Assembly (NCBI GenBank): GCA_965213685.1
Contig: CBDBZY010000036.1
Coordinates: 96,001-160,000 of the forward strand
Length of the DNA stretch: 64,000 nt
Reading direction: 5' to 3'
Source of the DNA: a bacterium
Lineage (GTDB): Bacteria > UBA8248
Part shown: positions 61,428 to 64,000 of the stretch, piece by piece
How the letters are laid out: every line of letters begins with the position of its first letter
Numbering within the stretch: position 1 is the stretch's first letter
Notes under the pieces: generated by a model
Databases searched by the model: none
Told to the model about the DNA's origin: nothing
What the model saw: the letters and a program-made list of their open reading frames with translations, nothing else
Translations under genes and position numbers: made by a program

Positions 61428-62336
61428 TCAGCGGAAGCTGGTGATCAGGAACCCGCCCAACACGACCAGGCTGGCCGCGCCGAACAGCCGCGCATTGATG
61501 CGCTCGATGTCCCCCAGGAAGATGAAACTCAGCGCGACCACCCATATCGGAGCGGTCCGGCTCAGGGGCAGGACGACGGTAACGCTGGAGAACGTGAGGG
61601 CGTACCAGAGAAGCGCCGTGGCGGTGGCGGAGAAAACGGCGCCGAGCAGCAGCCAGAAAAAGCCGCGCCTGTCCGCCCATATCCGGCCGCCTTCGCCCAA
61701 AAACGGACGCACTCCCAGGAGGAAGAAACAAGCCGCCATATATGCGCAGCCCACCCCCAGGATGGGCGTGTTCTGCCGGGCAAAGCCTATTTTCGCCACC
61801 ACGGGCATCGCGGCGTACATGAACGAGGCCGTGATGGGAAACACCAGGTTGCGCCGGAACGCGCGCCCCGCGTCGCCCCGGGCGCCGTCCTTGCTCTCCC
61901 CCATCGAGAGCAGCACCACGCCGCCGACAATCGACAAGGTGCCGAGAAGAACCGCGGCGCCCGGCCTCTCCCCCAGAACCAAGGCGGCGAAAAAGACCGC
62001 CCATATGGGGGCCGACGCCTGTACGGGGCTCGTCCTGCTCACGCCGATGCGCTGAATCGACGTGTAGGAGGCGAGATGGCCCATCCCCTGGCCGAGACAG
62101 CCCGCCAGCATGAACCAGAGCACCGGCCGCAGCTTCGAGGTTTGCAGCGTTCCCAGCCAGGAGGCGAGCCCGAGGAGCAAAGCGGCCGCCACGGCGTTCG
62201 TGACCAACACCCCGCTGAGCGGAGACGCGCTCCGCAGCCCCCGCCGAAAGGAGATGAGGGCCGCCGAATAGATGAACGACGAGGTCAGGGCGATGAATTC
62301 GCCCGAAGCGAAGAATGATGATGGCTGCCCGTTCAT
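61428..62336 (-). CDS. EamA/DMT family transporter
   Basis: ~10 TM, two repeats, LGER, PLSRTAP. Confidence 0.9.
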   Translation of the reverse strand: MNGQPSSFFASGEFIALTSSFIYSAALISFRRGLRSASPLSGVLVTNAVAAALLLGLASWLGTLQTSKLRPVLWFMLAGCLGQGMGHLASYTSIQRIGVSRTSPVQASAPIWAVFFAALVLGERPGAAVLLGTLSIVGGVVLLSMGESKDGARGDAGRAFRRNLVFPITASFMYAAMPVVAKIGFARQNTPILGVGCAYMAACFFLLGVRPFLGEGGRIWADRRGFFWLLLGAVFSATATALLWYALTFSSVTVVLPLSRTAPIWVVALSFIFLGDIERINARLFGAASLVVLGGFLITSFR

Positions 62337-62387
62337 GCGGGGACTATACACGCCCAGAAGGCGCCGCGCGAGAAGGGGCGGGGCCGC

Positions 62388-63287
62388 TTATTTGAAGGCG
62401 GTGATCAGCACCCCGCCCGCCACCACCATCAGCGCCGCCATGAGGATGCGGAAGGTGATGCGCTCCAGCCCTCCCAGGAACAGGTAGGTCCACAAAACCA
62501 CCCACAGCGGCACCAGCCTGCTCAAGGGCAGCACCGTGGAGACGGGCGCGACGCTCATGGCCGTCCAGAACATGATGGCCGCTGCCGTCGTGGTCAGCGC
62601 GGCGCCCAGGAACCACCGAATCGCCCTGCCGTCCGCCCGGAGCGCGCCCCCGCCCGGCAGCAGGGGGCGCGTGATGAGCAGCAGCAGGGTTCCGGCCGAG
62701 AAAGCGCAGGCGAACCCCATGATCGGGGTTCTCTGATAGGAAAAAGCGTAGTTGGCCAGGACGGGCAATATGCCGTAGGACAAAGCCGACGCGAGCGGGT
62801 AGATGAGCGCTCCCCGGAAAAAACTCCTGAACCTTTCCCTCTCCTTCCCCTCCGGTATGGACAAGAGACAAACGCCGGCCACGATGAGGAGCGTCCCCAT
62901 TCCCACGGCGACCCCGGGCCGCTCCCCCAGGAAGATCATGGCGAAAGTGACGGAGATGATGGGGGTGGACGATTGTATCGGGACGGATCGGCTCACCCCC
63001 ATCTTCACGATGCCGATGGCGTTCATGATTTGTCCGACGCCCTGGCCGAGACACCCGCCGAGCGCAAACAGCAGGACGGGGATGAGCGTGGATTTCTGGA
63101 GCGTCCCGAGCGAGGCCGCGATGATGAGCCCCGCCACGGAGACGACCGAGCTGAGAATCAAAACCCCGGCTATGGGAGTGGCGCTCCGCACCCCCTGGCG
63201 GATCGCGATGAGGGATACCGAATAGGAGAGCGAGGCGCCAATCGCCAACATCTCCCCCAGGCCGGCATGTGAGAAAAGGCCGGACAT
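62388..63287 (-). CDS. EamA/DMT family transporter
   Basis: ~10 TM, FLGERPG, PLSRLVP; clear paralog of its neighbours. Confidence 0.9.
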   Translation of the reverse strand: MSGLFSHAGLGEMLAIGASLSYSVSLIAIRQGVRSATPIAGVLILSSVVSVAGLIIAASLGTLQKSTLIPVLLFALGGCLGQGVGQIMNAIGIVKMGVSRSVPIQSSTPIISVTFAMIFLGERPGVAVGMGTLLIVAGVCLLSIPEGKERERFRSFFRGALIYPLASALSYGILPVLANYAFSYQRTPIMGFACAFSAGTLLLLITRPLLPGGGALRADGRAIRWFLGAALTTTAAAIMFWTAMSVAPVSTVLPLSRLVPLWVVLWTYLFLGGLERITFRILMAALMVVAGGVLITAFK

Positions 63288-63335
63288 CGGAAATTCACGC
63301 TCCTCAGGAAACGCCCGCCGCCGCAACGGCGGGGG

Positions 63336-64000
63336 CTAGCGAAACAAGGCGATCATCGCCCCGCCCGCCACGACGAGGCACGCGGCAAGCGCTGTTCTGG
63401 TGCCCACGCGCTCCATGTTTCCCAAAAACAGAAAACTGAACGAAACCACCCACAGGGGAGTCATCCGGCTCAGCGGCAAGACACTCGAAACCATGCCCGT
63501 CGCAAAAGCCGTCCACATGAGGAACGCGGCGGCGACGTTGAACGCCGCCCCCATGAGCAGGCATTTGAGCGTTGCGGCGTCCGCCCTGAGCGCCCCGCCG
63601 CCGGGCACCAGGCGTCTCGCCGCCAGCATGAGCAAAAGGCCTGTGCCGAACGCGACGCCAAAACCCAGATACGGCGCCTTCTGCTGGGCGAGACCCAGCT
63701 TGGCGAATACCGGCACCAGCGCAAAACAGACGGATGAGGAGAGGGGCAAGAGGTAATCTCTTGGAATCCGATTTTTCCGCCCCCTCCCCTTCCCCTTCGG
63801 CCAGGAAAGCAGAAAGACGCCCCCGACAATTCCCAAGGTGCCCAGGACGACATGCCCGCCCGGCGTTTCGCCCAGAAAGGCGACCGCGAAAACAACGCCC
63901 CAAAGAGGGGTCGCCGAATGGATGGCCGTGGCCTGGCTCACGCCGAGGCGCTGGATGGCCGAGAAAAAAATCAGGCTCCCGGTGCCGTGGCCCACAACGC
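63336..64000 (-). CDS. EamA/DMT family transporter (5' end outside the window)
   Basis: FLGETPG, PLSRMTP; paralog of its neighbours. Confidence 0.88.
   Translation of the reverse strand, partial: VVGHGTGSLIFFSAIQRLGVSQATAIHSATPLWGVVFAVAFLGETPGGHVVLGTLGIVGGVFLLSWPKGKGRGRKNRIPRDYLLPLSSSVCFALVPVFAKLGLAQQKAPYLGFGVAFGTGLLLMLAARRLVPGGGALRADAATLKCLLMGAAFNVAAAFLMWTAFATGMVSSVLPLSRMTPLWVVSFSFLFLGNMERVGTRTALAACLVVAGGAMIALFR

Overview
GC-rich, densely coding bacterial chromosomal window with no rRNA, tRNA, CRISPR array or recognisable IS/integrase. In order: (1) a Type III restriction-modification pair (res truncated by the left edge; mod has a low-GC target-recognition segment, a perfect 33-bp palindrome, an in-frame 44-nt homopolymer and a +1 slip that fuses it to res as sequenced); (2) thiolase and a ccsA/hemX-hemA-hemC-hemD-hemB heme operon; (3) pyrD-pyrK, a class II cyclic-nucleotide phosphodiesterase, oxidoreductases, a VOC protein, a ClC antiporter and PlsC; (4) a two-subunit xanthine-dehydrogenase-family molybdoenzyme plus DcaP-like porin, divergent from an SDR and a tandem-domain rhodanese whose catalytic codon is an in-frame TGA followed by a SECIS-like hairpin (predicted selenoprotein, cut short by the ORF track); (5) a NitT/TauT ABC transporter, cupin, LLM oxidoreductase and SDR; (6) a ~13-kb co-oriented catabolic cluster of unknown substrate (PEP-hydrolase-family TIM barrel, Tm-1-like protein, NadB/SdhA-like flavoprotein, beta-hydroxyacid dehydrogenase, UbiX, small ORF, split FdrA, amidase, TAXI-TRAP transporter); (7) a MoxR/DUF58/BatA-vWA/DUF4175/DUF4159 envelope locus; (8) three tandem EamA transporters. 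Three separate +1 G insertions in G runs suggest homopolymer errors in the assembly, which weakens all homopolymer-based claims. All family calls come from motif recognition by eye, not from database searches.
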